Shown here: positions 9,373 to 19,472 of the stretch, piece by piece
Layout of the letters: each line of letters opens with the position of its first letter
Numbering within the stretch: the stretch's first letter is position 1
Made by a program: the position numbers and the translations under genes
Notes under the pieces: model-generated
What the model saw: only the letters and a program-made list of their open reading frames with translations
Databases searched by the model: none
Told to the model about the DNA's origin: nothing
NCBI GenBank assembly: GCA_965656495.1
Contig: CBFHKU010000002.1
Coordinates: 169,161 to 233,160 of the forward strand
DNA length: 64,000 nucleotides
DNA from: Coraliomargaritaceae bacterium
GTDB lineage: Bacteria; Verrucomicrobiota; Verrucomicrobiia; Opitutales; Coraliomargaritaceae
Reading direction: 5' to 3'

Positions 9373-12201
9373 TTAAGCGAGTTCGAGCGCAACGCTAACA
9401 ATCTTCTTTGGAGCCAGCTCAAGTTGGAAACCGGCATCGTTCACTGCAAGTGCGTCGGAATCGTCTTCGTTTAGGTTCGTTAAGGTTGCGGATTTCAGTG
9501 CGAACTTGCAGTTCACAGGAGAGACGACGGTTTCGTCAGTCGGATTAAACACACGGAGCATGAGACGGTCACCACGAGCTTCGCCCGTCAGGCCGCTGAG
9601 TTGAACGCGGGCGTCCTCAATCTCAAGGAAACCTGCCGTACTTGGGAGCGTGCCCTTGCGCGCCTTCGTCTCAGCAGCGATGAGCGGAGCGCTCTTGCGG
9701 TCGGCTTCCGAGAAGACCTTGGCAAGACCTTCACCACGGGCACCCGGATAGATGCTGTAGCTTAGCTCGTGCTCGCCTGCGCTTTGAGCAAGCTCACTCG
9801 GCTTGTGCTCCAAGTCAAAGTCGCCAGCGGTGCAGAGGTTGTTCTCATACGCACGCATCAGTGTCAGCGCGTAGGTGCGTGCGTCATCTTCGAGCACTTC
9901 GTATTCCTTCAAGCCGCCACTGATGAGTGTGAAGTTGCGGGAATCGTTGGCGATACCACTGAAGCGGAGCATTGGATAGGTGAGATGCGGCACGTAGTTG
10001 TATGGGTTCGCATCGTCCTTCGGAATACGACGTGTCACCACATCGAACGGGCTTTCTGCGTAAGAGTCGTCACTTGCAACTGCAGTCGGGAACATCGCAC
10101 GCAGACGGTGGTTGGTGCACTGGTTGTCAAAGCGAACGGTCACATCGAGACTCTTGGAAGTCACGTCGAGGGTGTAAACCACCTCGATCTTGAAGTGCTG
10201 CATATTCTCCGCCTTGCGCTCGGTCAGACGCCAGTCGAAGCGGTCGGTCGAGCGCGGAGTGGTCTTCGGAATCTGCAGCTCAAACTCGACCACGATCGAT
10301 TGACGCACGGCACTGGACTCGGTCCATGTGCGAGTTGCCTTGGAGTCGAGCGAGTTGATCACGAGATCCTTGCCCGGCCCCATGTGTGTCCATGGGTGCC
10401 CCACCTCTCCATCGTCTTCGAAATAATTCAGGCCTGCGAATTGCTCGCCGCTTGCCTTGTCGAGCAGATCGACAGTGCCGTTCTCGTTGACGGATACAGT
10501 GAGGTGCTCGTTCTCCATCCTGAATTCGCTGACGTCGACGTCTTCAGCTTCAGCGGCGTTCTCGTCGATTGTCAGAACGAAGGTCTTGTAACCCAGTGCC
10601 GGCACATCGCTCACTACAAAGGTCAGCTTGAACTCGTCAGCGTAAGACATCAGAGCCAAGTCCGCATGATCACGGAAGACCTTGTTCTTGTGCTCGGTCT
10701 GCGCCATGTCGTGCGCGACTACGTTGCCCTGATCATCCGCCAACTTGAAGCCCCTCCAATCAACTTCTGCCAAACCTTCGCCCGGTGCAAACTCGTTGAC
10801 GAACTCACGCGGCACGTCGACGAATGCCTGCACCGTTTCGGTGCGTGCGGATGTGCTTGGATTGTAAACGGTGAGCACGACTGCCTTCCCAGAGAAGGAG
10901 CTGGTGTCGATTTGCCCTTGCAGCGAAAGTAACGACTCGCTCGTCACCATTTGCGCAACCGATTGCGCGTCCTTCATACGATAGATCGCGTCTTCTTCAA
11001 GGCGGTCGATTCCACAGCCTCCCACAGTATCATGCGGGTGACACTTCATGACCTGCTTCCACGCCACATCGATAAACGGCTGCGGGAAGGCCTTGCCGTG
11101 GATGTTCGCCAGCGCGGCAAACGGCTCCGCCATGCGAGTGAGTTGATTCTCCGTTTCAAACAGCATCACCTTCTGGCGGGAGCGCGCCGAGATGATGTCG
11201 TTGGCTATATAGGAGTAGCCTAGATCATTCATCTTCACGTGGCGCGGTTCGCTGTCGAGCGTCGGCAATGCATCAAGATCCGGGCACGCATCCTTGATCG
11301 CTTGCGCGTACTTCGGCATCGAGCTCAGAAAGAAGGTTTCATCATCACCAAGGTCTTGCTGGCAGAGGTCCAGCAACTCCTTCTCGCGCAAGTCCGGCGT
11401 GGAGGTATCCATTCCATGCATACAGGCGATGTGTTCAGTCGTGAAGTGTTCCTTCTCATCCTCAATCAGCTTGCGATAGGTCTCACGAGCCAACTCGCCG
11501 TTCATCTTGCGATCTTCCGGCAAGACATAGCCGTGGCTAAAGCGGTTCTCGGAGTTACAAAGCTTAAACGGTGCAGCGTCTTCAAACCAGTGCATGCGAC
11601 GAAATAGACGATGCGCCAGACCCTCGTAGAGCGCTTCGCGCCAGACCCCAAAGTAAAAATTGTAACGCGCACCGGTGCCGAAGCGCGAGCAGAGCACCTT
11701 ACTGCCATCCACACCCTTCCAAGCAAACTCGGCACCCGGCGCCTGTTCCTTGGTGATGCCACGATAGAAGAAGCAAACATCGATATCAAAACCACGGTAG
11801 ATCTGCGGGAACTGTGAGCACTGCCCCCAGCCAAATGGCGTGTAACCAACTTTCATCACATCGCCGAACTCCTCAACGAGGCGATGCCCATAAAGCATGT
11901 TCCGCAAAATCGATTCACCGGAGATGCAATTCATATCCAGCGCAGAATACCAAGGCCCCGCATTGATGCGCCCTTCCTTGATATATTTGCCAATAATCGC
12001 CTTGTTCTCAGGGCGGATTTCAAAGTAGTCCTCAAGCGGAACGGCTTGGGCATCCAACAGAAAACAATAGCCCGGAACCTTCTCCATGATCTCAACCAAA
12101 TCATCGAGGAAATCCACGGTCATCTTGCGCGTGTGCTGAAAGTCCAGCGTCCACTCGCGGTCCAAGTGCGTGTTGGGTATAAAATGAGATTTAGTAGCCA
12201 T
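9373..12201 (-). CDS. GH38 alpha-mannosidase-fold protein (MngB-like) lacking the canonical nucleophile
   Basis: THLDREW (Zn ligands), FLLDAQ, GPWY, SGESILRN, CHPHDTVGGC, MENEHL, NHRLR. The nucleophile motif reads GYTPFGWG instead of GYxPDxFG. Confidence 0.88.
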   Translation of the reverse strand: MATKSHFIPNTHLDREWTLDFQHTRKMTVDFLDDLVEIMEKVPGYCFLLDAQAVPLEDYFEIRPENKAIIGKYIKEGRINAGPWYSALDMNCISGESILRNMLYGHRLVEEFGDVMKVGYTPFGWGQCSQFPQIYRGFDIDVCFFYRGITKEQAPGAEFAWKGVDGSKVLCSRFGTGARYNFYFGVWREALYEGLAHRLFRRMHWFEDAAPFKLCNSENRFSHGYVLPEDRKMNGELARETYRKLIEDEKEHFTTEHIACMHGMDTSTPDLREKELLDLCQQDLGDDETFFLSSMPKYAQAIKDACPDLDALPTLDSEPRHVKMNDLGYSYIANDIISARSRQKVMLFETENQLTRMAEPFAALANIHGKAFPQPFIDVAWKQVMKCHPHDTVGGCGIDRLEEDAIYRMKDAQSVAQMVTSESLLSLQGQIDTSSFSGKAVVLTVYNPSTSARTETVQAFVDVPREFVNEFAPGEGLAEVDWRGFKLADDQGNVVAHDMAQTEHKNKVFRDHADLALMSYADEFKLTFVVSDVPALGYKTFVLTIDENAAEAEDVDVSEFRMENEHLTVSVNENGTVDLLDKASGEQFAGLNYFEDDGEVGHPWTHMGPGKDLVINSLDSKATRTWTESSAVRQSIVVEFELQIPKTTPRSTDRFDWRLTERKAENMQHFKIEVVYTLDVTSKSLDVTVRFDNQCTNHRLRAMFPTAVASDDSYAESPFDVVTRRIPKDDANPYNYVPHLTYPMLRFSGIANDSRNFTLISGGLKEYEVLEDDARTYALTLMRAYENNLCTAGDFDLEHKPSELAQSAGEHELSYSIYPGARGEGLAKVFSEADRKSAPLIAAETKARKGTLPSTAGFLEIEDARVQLSGLTGEARGDRLMLRVFNPTDETVVSPVNCKFALKSATLTNLNEDDSDALAVNDAGFQLELAPKKIVSVALELA

Positions 12202-12210
12202 AGTAAGTTA

Positions 12211-12234
12211 AAATGAGTAAACGTTTTTTCATTT
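12211..12234. promoter_or_regulatory. Candidate LacI operator upstream of the GH38-HAD-manA operon
   Basis: Imperfect palindrome AAATGA-GT-AAACGTTT-TT-TCATTT, CG-centred, about 10 bp upstream of the ATG. Confidence 0.65.
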
Positions 12235-12392
12235 ACTTCAAGGAATGTGCAAGACAATTATTACCTTTCCATTGCCACCTTACGGAGCAGTATACAAGAA
12301 ATCAAGCCGAGGCTTGATCCATAATGCATTATCATCCTTTCTCCCTTCGCCAGGAGAAGGCTCCAACCTGAACCATTGAAACTTCAATCAGC

Positions 12393-13370
12393 ATGTATTC
12401 TGCAAACAGATACGACCACCAGCCCTACAATCGAGTCGGCAACAGCGGTCTAAAACTTCCGGCAGTTTCTCTCGGAATGTGGCATAACTTTGGCCCCCAT
12501 GACTCAGAGTCGAACCAAATTGAATTGCTGCAAACAGCGTTTGATAAGGGCATTACACACTTTGATTTAGCCGACAATTACGGAGGGGGGCATGCAGAAA
12601 TCCATGTAGGCCGCATCCTTAGAAATCATTTCGCGCAGCATCGCGACGAGCTCATCATTTCCACCAAGGCAGGTCATCCCATGTGGGATGGCCCCTACGG
12701 CAACTGGGGCTCACGCAAGCACATGCTCGCCGGACTCGACCAAAGCCTACAGCGCCTAAAACTCGACTACGTCGACATCTACTACCACCATCGCCCCGAT
12801 CCGCAAACACCGATCGAGGAAACTGCCCAAGCACTGGCCGATACAGTGCGCCAAGGCAAGACACTCTACGTGGGCATCTCAAACTACCACGGCGAAGACG
12901 CGCGTCGTATGATTCAATGCATGCGAGAAACAGGCGTCCCTTGCCTGATCAATCAGCTACCCTTCAACATGCTTGATCGCAATGCCTCCGAATCCGGCGA
13001 ATTCGATGCTCTAATTAAAGACGGCGTTGGCGCCATCACATTCTCTCCTCTTGCCCAAGGTTTACTATCAAGCCGATACCTAAAAGGCATTCCTAAAAAT
13101 TCACGTGCCGCAACTGAAGGGACCTGCCTGAAGCGAGACCAAGTAAGCGAGTCCCTGCGCGGCAAGGTCCAAAAAATCAACGACATCGCACTATCCCGCG
13201 GCCAAACTCTCGCACAAATGGCGCTCTGCTGGAATCTCAGCTTCTCTCCAGTTGCATCAGTCCTCATCGGAGCCAGTCAAGCCTCTCAAATCATTGAAAA
13301 CGTCGAAGCGTTAAAAAAACCAAGTTTTTCAGTCGAAGAACTGAATCGAATCCAAGAGGTAATCAATTGA
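12393..13370 (+). CDS. Aldo/keto reductase, L-glyceraldehyde-3-phosphate reductase (Gpr/YghZ)-like
   Basis: SGLKLPAVSLGMWHNFG, FDLADNYG, ISTKAG, GPYGNWGSRK, DYVDIYYHHRPD, SPLAQGLL. Confidence 0.9.
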   Translation: MYSANRYDHQPYNRVGNSGLKLPAVSLGMWHNFGPHDSESNQIELLQTAFDKGITHFDLADNYGGGHAEIHVGRILRNHFAQHRDELIISTKAGHPMWDGPYGNWGSRKHMLAGLDQSLQRLKLDYVDIYYHHRPDPQTPIEETAQALADTVRQGKTLYVGISNYHGEDARRMIQCMRETGVPCLINQLPFNMLDRNASESGEFDALIKDGVGAITFSPLAQGLLSSRYLKGIPKNSRAATEGTCLKRDQVSESLRGKVQKINDIALSRGQTLAQMALCWNLSFSPVASVLIGASQASQIIENVEALKKPSFSVEELNRIQEVIN

Positions 13371-13450
13371 GAGAGTGCCTAGCTGGGTTTAATCCTTTAA
13401 GCCAATATTCTCGTGACAAGCATCGCTGTTTTACCACTATTTTACCACAA

Positions 13451-14476
13451 ATGCCAAAACGTATTACCTCCATCAAAGAAATCGCCAAGCTAGCAGGGTG
13501 CTCCATTGCAACAGTCTCCAACACCCTCAACAACAAGGGGCGAATCAGCAAGGAGGTCAGAGACAAGGTGCACCTTATTTGCCAAAAGCACGGCTATTCC
13601 CCGAACTCCGCCGGTCGCAACCTCCGCCGCCGGCAAAACGAAACAATTGGCCTCCTCTTCTACCCCAACTGTGGCGCGATCTTCCGCAACATCTTCTACG
13701 CAGAAGTCATGGAAGCTCTCGAAGCAGAAACCGCCGGTAAGGGGTATGATTTACTGCTCGCGGGCTTCGACAGCAGTGGTTCCAAAGATAGTATGCCGCG
13801 CTTTGTACAACAAGGAAAAGTCGATGGTATTGTCATGCTGGGCCGCTTTCCACGGGTGGATGTTAAACGCATCAACCGCTATGGCGTACCAATCCTCCAG
13901 CTGGATAACTTCCGCAGTCAAATCAAAGTCGATTATGTTACCTCCGACGGATTTAACGGCTGTAAGAAGATCGTCGACGAGCTTGTTAAACTGGGCCACC
14001 GCCGCTTTATCTTTATGGCTTACTCGCATGAGGACACCAATGCCGATCAACGCGAATCCGGCTTCCTTGCAGCAGTCGAAGCACACAAATTGCCGAAGAC
14101 ATCCAGTGCCAGTATTCGCGACTTTGAGGATTATCAAACCGCTTACAGTCGCCTCAAAAAACGTCTCCAGTCCAAGCACCCTCCGACCGCAGTGGTCGCC
14201 GTCAATGACACGCTCGCAATTGAGCTACAAGAATGCCTTCAGCAGGATGGCTACTCCATCCCCGACGACATCAGCATCGTAGGCTTTGACGATGACGACA
14301 TCTGCCTGAAAGCGACACCACAAATGTCCTCCGTGCGTGTGAATAAAAAGCTCCTGGGAAAAACCGGTGCTCAGATAATCATTGATCGAATCTGCAACCC
14401 ACAGAAAACTACCGAAAGCGTGCATCTACCCGTTGAGGTCGTTTTCCGCGAGTCAGTGGGCAAGCCCGCGCACTGA
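13451..14476 (+). CDS. LacI-family transcriptional regulator
   Basis: HTH SIKEIAKLAGCSIATVSNTLN, YSPNSAGRNL, sugar-binding domain with IPDDISIVGFDD. ATG at 13451. Confidence 0.93.
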   Translation: MPKRITSIKEIAKLAGCSIATVSNTLNNKGRISKEVRDKVHLICQKHGYSPNSAGRNLRRRQNETIGLLFYPNCGAIFRNIFYAEVMEALEAETAGKGYDLLLAGFDSSGSKDSMPRFVQQGKVDGIVMLGRFPRVDVKRINRYGVPILQLDNFRSQIKVDYVTSDGFNGCKKIVDELVKLGHRRFIFMAYSHEDTNADQRESGFLAAVEAHKLPKTSSASIRDFEDYQTAYSRLKKRLQSKHPPTAVVAVNDTLAIELQECLQQDGYSIPDDISIVGFDDDDICLKATPQMSSVRVNKKLLGKTGAQIIIDRICNPQKTTESVHLPVEVVFRESVGKPAH

Positions 14477-14556
14477 TATTTTCAGGCACTGCCAAACATC
14501 GCGATGACAACGGGACCAGTCGTGATTTTAAAGGTTGAAATTTAGCCTTGCATCAT

Positions 14557-14573
14557 AGATTAAACGTTTATCT
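14557..14573. promoter_or_regulatory. Candidate LacI operator upstream of the GH/GH71-99/SSS operon
   Basis: AGATTAAACGTTTATCT, with the perfect core TAAACGTTTA, 8 bp before ATG 14582. Confidence 0.7.
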
Positions 14574-14581
14574 GTTTTGAT

Positions 14582-15853
14582 ATGAAATCACACCCTTACT
14601 TCGAAGGACACGCACTCAAGGACGGGAAGCTCTGGGTGAACGGCGAGCACCGGTTCCTTAAAACCGGCAAACCACTGCGCGATTACGGCAATGCCGAACA
14701 AATTGAAGCGCTGATCGCAGATTTACCGATCATTGCCGACAAGGGCTACAACAACATCGCAATCAACTGCTACTGGCATCACTTCAATCCCTCGGGTGAC
14801 GGCGCGATTGAGATCTCCGTCGAACCACTCAAGAAGTTGATAGCGGCAATCCGGGAACATGGCATCTATGTCAGTCTCTCAGTCGAAACCTATGGAGTCG
14901 GCGGCGGTCAAATTCCAGAAGGCTTTTGGAACAACCACCCGAAGGCGCTTGCGGTCAACCATCACGGCGAGTTCTCCTCCGACACCGAATACGGCTACGG
15001 CACTAAGGTGCCTTCCCTGTTCTACGGAGCCTATCTAACTGCATCACGCGCTTACATGACAAACCTTGTCGCGGCGCTTGGAGCAGAAAACTTCCTCTAC
15101 TTTGAAACCACCGTTGAGCCTCAATTCATGGGGGCACAATGGCTGGATTATAGCGAAGCGGCTAAAAAAGCATACACCGAATGGCTTAAAAACAACGGCG
15201 ATGCGGACTCCCAACCCTTTCCCGAGACCTTCCCCGCCAGCGAAGCATTTCGCACCAGCAAGTCTTGGAATACCTTCCGTGCCCAAGCACTCGCGGGCTG
15301 GATCAATGGCGACGCTCAAGCACTGCGCAAAGGCTCGAGTCACCCAGAAATTTGGATCGCAAGCGACTATCTCGACGCCGAAGACTTTACACTGCAACAG
15401 CGCTGCGGCGACCCGCTCGAGCTTCTGCGCAACATGACTGAGACCGATATCATCCAAGTCAACTGGGCATGGTGTAATATCGACCGCAAGCCCAACCAGA
15501 AGGCCTACGACCGCGTCATGCAAGTCATGCAAGAGACCGGACGCGACTGGGTCGTGACTGAGCACATGACAATTAACGGCGCCGACTACTTTGAGAGCGA
15601 TATGGACGGCCTACTGCGTAATACCTTGGAGAATGGCACTCACTTCGGCTGGGAGTTTGTTGATATTTGTGCCGACACCGATAGTCCGGACACCAAGCCA
15701 AATGATATTCTACCGGGTGACTTCAAGCCACAACATTTCTCTGTCTATAATGCCGATTGGAGCCCAAAACCGCCGATGAAGGTCGTCGAAGAAAACTGGG
15801 CTCAATGGATGGATATGGCAGTTGCCAGTAACGCCCCTATAGTCGAAGCATAA
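14582..15853 (+). CDS. Uncharacterised glycoside hydrolase, clan GH-A-like TIM barrel (GH35/GH42-like N-terminus), no signal peptide
   Basis: GYNNIAINCYWHHFNP resembles the GH35/42 start. Candidate acid/base TVEPQF and candidate nucleophile VVTEH. Confidence 0.55.
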   Translation: MKSHPYFEGHALKDGKLWVNGEHRFLKTGKPLRDYGNAEQIEALIADLPIIADKGYNNIAINCYWHHFNPSGDGAIEISVEPLKKLIAAIREHGIYVSLSVETYGVGGGQIPEGFWNNHPKALAVNHHGEFSSDTEYGYGTKVPSLFYGAYLTASRAYMTNLVAALGAENFLYFETTVEPQFMGAQWLDYSEAAKKAYTEWLKNNGDADSQPFPETFPASEAFRTSKSWNTFRAQALAGWINGDAQALRKGSSHPEIWIASDYLDAEDFTLQQRCGDPLELLRNMTETDIIQVNWAWCNIDRKPNQKAYDRVMQVMQETGRDWVVTEHMTINGADYFESDMDGLLRNTLENGTHFGWEFVDICADTDSPDTKPNDILPGDFKPQHFSVYNADWSPKPPMKVVEENWAQWMDMAVASNAPIVEA

Positions 15854-15872
15854 TTTTATAAACCAACATCCC

Positions 15873-17189
15873 ATGAAACAAACCTTCCAAAGACTTACGG
15901 CAGGTGCGATCTATGCTCTACTCGGCAGCCTTGGCACAACTGGCTGCGCAACGAACGAGCAAACTAAAGCTCAACCCGTGCCGACTGCCAATGGCATCAC
16001 CGGTAAAGTGTTTGCCGGTTACCAAGGCTGGTATCGCACGCCGACCGATGGCTCAGGGCTTGGTTGGGAGCACTACGAAACTTATGACGAAGACTTCACT
16101 CCTGGTGAAGCTGGCATCGATTTTTGGCCGGACGAAAGCGAACTAACAGAAGCCGAAAAATATGTCACTGAATTCAAGCACGCGGACGGCAGCCCGGCAT
16201 ATGTATTCACCTCAGAAAATGCGACAACAGTTGACCGCCACTTTAAGTGGATGAAAAACTATGGTATCGATGGCGTCTTCCTACAGCGCTTCGCCCACGA
16301 TGTACTCGAGGGCGGGCACCACCAGTGGAGGCTACTGCAACCCTCCAACAATAAGATCGCTGCGTATGTGCAGCAGGGCGCTCAGGCACACGACCGTGCT
16401 TACTCAATCATGTATGACTTCTCCAGTATTCGCCATGGCGAGATGCACCTGATAATGGATGATTGGCGAGGCCTTTGCGATCGCCTTGGCCTGCTGGAAG
16501 ATCCGAACTATCTGCATGAAAATGGCAAACCACTGGTTGCGATCTGGGGTGTCGGTTTTTCAGACGGACGCAAATATACCTTGGATGAAGTCGCGACCTT
16601 TATCGACTTCCTCAAGAACGACCCGGAATACGGCGGCTGCAGCGTGATGCTTGGCGTGCCTACCTACTGGCGCGAACTAACCAGAGACGCGGTCAGCGAC
16701 CCAAAACTCCACGACCTAATCCGCAGCGCCGACGTCGTGCTACCCTGGACCGTGGGTCGTTTCGGTGGTTCGCAAGCGGCACTCAAGCGTGGTGCCGATT
16801 ACGTCGCACCCGACCAAGCATGGTGCGATGCCAATGGCGTAAAATACATGCCCCTCGCCTTCCCTGGCTTCAGTTGGGCCAATCGAAAAATCAAGCAAAA
16901 CCCGAATGTGAAGTTTAACCATATCCCACGTGAAGACGGCCTTTTTATGTGGTCGCAAGCAATCGCCGCCAAGCGTGCAGGCGCTGAAACCCTTTACCTC
17001 GCTATGTTCGATGAGATGGATGAAGGCACACAGATTTTCAAAGTCAGCAACAACCCACCGGTCGGTGAAACCCGGTTTCTGACTTATGAACCACACGCGC
17101 CTGATTATTACCTACGCCTAAGCGGTGCGATTGGCCGCCTGCTTCGTGACGAAATTCCAGCCACCAATACCCTGCCTAAACAATTTTAA
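15873..17189 (+). CDS. GH71/GH99-like glycoside hydrolase, lipoprotein
   Basis: Lipobox-like LGTTGC, GYQGWY, GIDGVFLQRF, MYD, PGFSWAN, YLAMFDEMDEGT, DYYLRL. Confidence 0.82.
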   Translation: MKQTFQRLTAGAIYALLGSLGTTGCATNEQTKAQPVPTANGITGKVFAGYQGWYRTPTDGSGLGWEHYETYDEDFTPGEAGIDFWPDESELTEAEKYVTEFKHADGSPAYVFTSENATTVDRHFKWMKNYGIDGVFLQRFAHDVLEGGHHQWRLLQPSNNKIAAYVQQGAQAHDRAYSIMYDFSSIRHGEMHLIMDDWRGLCDRLGLLEDPNYLHENGKPLVAIWGVGFSDGRKYTLDEVATFIDFLKNDPEYGGCSVMLGVPTYWRELTRDAVSDPKLHDLIRSADVVLPWTVGRFGGSQAALKRGADYVAPDQAWCDANGVKYMPLAFPGFSWANRKIKQNPNVKFNHIPREDGLFMWSQAIAAKRAGAETLYLAMFDEMDEGTQIFKVSNNPPVGETRFLTYEPHAPDYYLRLSGAIGRLLRDEIPATNTLPKQF

Positions 17190-17233
17190 CCCCAAAAGGC
17201 ACATAAGCAGTCTATTGCTTCGCCAACTACGCT

Positions 17234-19249
17234 ATGTCCGCACTCAGTTCAATCGACATCACAATTATCGTTGCCTACCTCTTCCTTACGATGGCGGTCG
17301 GTCTCTACATGACAAAACAGGCCTCCAAGAGCCTCGATCACTACTTCCTCGGAGGTCGCTCACTACCCTGGTATTTCCTTGGTATGGCTGGCATGGCTAT
17401 GTGGTTTGATTTGACGGGCACCATGATCATCACTGCCTTCCTATACATGCTCGGGCCCAAGGGTTTGTTCGTAGAGTTTCGTGGTGGCGCCGTTCTAATT
17501 CTAGCCTTCTTGATCTGTTACACAGGCAAATGGCACCGACGTTCGGGTTGTATGACCGGCGCGGAATGGATCGCTTACCGATTCGGCACAGGTGCCGAAG
17601 CAAAATGGATGCGTGTCTTTAAAGCGGCATCAACCTTCCTAATTACGATTGTGCTACTCGCCTATCTCGTCCGCGGAACCAGTCTTTTCGTCGGAATGTT
17701 CATCCCCTATTCGCCGATGGTCGTCACCGGCATCATCATGGGAGCCTGTGCCCTTTACACCATGATGGCGGGTTTTTACGGAGTTGTGCTAACCGACGTA
17801 GTGCAGGGCGCCATTGTTTTGATTTCCTGTATCATTGTCTCGGTCATGGCTTTCATGATGGTTCCTGACGTTGGCTTCATCGCGGATCTGGCTCAGCAAG
17901 TGACCGGTAACACCACCTGGACCGAGAGTATGCCCAAGTGGCAAACCGAGATGCCGCCAGGCTACGGCGATTATGAGTTCCTCATCTTTATCGCCTTCTT
18001 CTATCTATTACGCAACGTCCTCTACGGCCCGGGCACAGGTGACGAGAACCGCTATTTTGGCGCAAAAAGCGATCGTGACTGCGGTCTGCAGTCCATGCTC
18101 CAAGGCGTCACGGTGGCCTTCCGCTGGCCCATGATGATGGGCTTTGCGGTCATGGGCTTGTTCCTTGTCAGCAATCTATTCCCCGACATGAGCAAAACGG
18201 TGGATGCGGTCCAAGCGATCAAGCAATACCACCCCGAGATCGTTGAAACCAAGGGCATGTGGAACGAGTTGACCACCAGTATCGTCAACGCCCCCGAGAA
18301 GCAAGACCCAGCCCTTATCCAAAGCCTCGAAACATCCCTGGGCGAAGACTGGAGAAATCGTCTGGTTGTGATTGCCTTTGAAGGCGGGGTCAATCCGGAG
18401 CAAATCCTTCCTGCCGTCCTACTCAACAGCATTCCAACTGGTCTCAAGGGCTTGCTAATGGTCGCGATGCTCGCGGCTATGATGTCGACCCTTACAGGTG
18501 AAGTGAATAAGACATCCGCTCAATTCGTTAAGGATATCTACAAAGCTTCACTCCGCAAAACCGCCGGGAATAAGGAACTGATCGCAGCCGCTTACGTCTC
18601 CTCTGCTTTCATTGTGGTCGCATCCTTCGTGATCGGCATCTACGCCGAAAGTATCGACGAAATTTGGAAGTGGTTCCTCATGGGCCTCACTGCAGGCTCG
18701 ATCGGTCCTTACGTTCTGCGTCTCTACTGGTGGCGTTGTAATGCCTGGGGCCAAATTGGCGGCACCGTGATCGGTGGCGTCTCCGCAATCGTTCAGTATG
18801 CTATCTGGCCGGACCTGGACCAAGTGCCCCTGTTCATCATCATGACAAGCATCTCAGTGATCGGGACCGTAGGTCTATCCTACCTGACCCCAGCGACACC
18901 CATGCCGATCCTGTTGAATTTCTACAAAACGACCCGCCCATTCGGATGGTGGGGACCCCTGAAGAAACAAATGGATCCAGAAGAATATAAGCTCTGGGCC
19001 AAGGAACACCGCGTCGATATCATCTCAGTACCGTTTGTGATGCTCGCGCAGATTACAATCTTCCTCCTGCCGATGCAGTTGATCATTAAGGCTTACAGCT
19101 CCTTCTTCATCACACTCCCAATCTTCCTAGTGTCTGCCGCAGGCGTTTACTGGTTCTGGTGGCGTAACCTGCCAACCAAGGACAACCCAGGCACCGATCG
19201 AGCCGACCCAATGGCGGGCGTGCGCGAACTAGAGCAAGCGGAGACTTAG
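17234..19249 (+). CDS. Sodium:solute symporter family transporter
   Basis: Multiple TM helices, YFLGGRSLPW, GVVLTDVVQG, GLKGLLMVAMLAAMMST, LRLYWWRCNAWG. Confidence 0.92.
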   Translation: MSALSSIDITIIVAYLFLTMAVGLYMTKQASKSLDHYFLGGRSLPWYFLGMAGMAMWFDLTGTMIITAFLYMLGPKGLFVEFRGGAVLILAFLICYTGKWHRRSGCMTGAEWIAYRFGTGAEAKWMRVFKAASTFLITIVLLAYLVRGTSLFVGMFIPYSPMVVTGIIMGACALYTMMAGFYGVVLTDVVQGAIVLISCIIVSVMAFMMVPDVGFIADLAQQVTGNTTWTESMPKWQTEMPPGYGDYEFLIFIAFFYLLRNVLYGPGTGDENRYFGAKSDRDCGLQSMLQGVTVAFRWPMMMGFAVMGLFLVSNLFPDMSKTVDAVQAIKQYHPEIVETKGMWNELTTSIVNAPEKQDPALIQSLETSLGEDWRNRLVVIAFEGGVNPEQILPAVLLNSIPTGLKGLLMVAMLAAMMSTLTGEVNKTSAQFVKDIYKASLRKTAGNKELIAAAYVSSAFIVVASFVIGIYAESIDEIWKWFLMGLTAGSIGPYVLRLYWWRCNAWGQIGGTVIGGVSAIVQYAIWPDLDQVPLFIIMTSISVIGTVGLSYLTPATPMPILLNFYKTTRPFGWWGPLKKQMDPEEYKLWAKEHRVDIISVPFVMLAQITIFLLPMQLIIKAYSSFFITLPIFLVSAAGVYWFWWRNLPTKDNPGTDRADPMAGVRELEQAET

Positions 19250-19293
19250 ATCCGCCCAAAAAATCAAGGACTTACACCGCTGATGCGGTAACC

Positions 19294-19336
19294 AGCCCTC
19301 CCCCTTTGCTTGCCAAAGCGACCGGAGGGCTTTTTA
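19294..19336 (+). terminator. Rho-independent terminator
   Basis: AGCCCTCC...GGAGGGCT stem followed by a T-run, after the SSS stop codon. Confidence 0.65.
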
Positions 19337-19472
19337 CCTGTCCTACCAAGCTGTGAATTTTCCAGCTAAACTGACTTATCGGCAGGGTAGCATGTCCTCA
19401 TGCAGGCGAAAGACTTCCCAAGCATTCTACAAGTAAAAGTCGCAGCCTGTTATAATTGGCAGCCAGGCTCAA

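Noticed and set aside
9769..10932. 387-aa plus-strand ORF, and similar long antisense ORFs (4550..5389, 24877..25950, 45465..46364, 50137..51057)
   Set aside because: They overlap well-supported genes on the opposite strand and have no recognisable motifs.
12336..12360. REP-like hairpin CCTTTCTCC...GGAGAAGG
   Set aside because: Short and imperfect, with no second copy noticed in the window.
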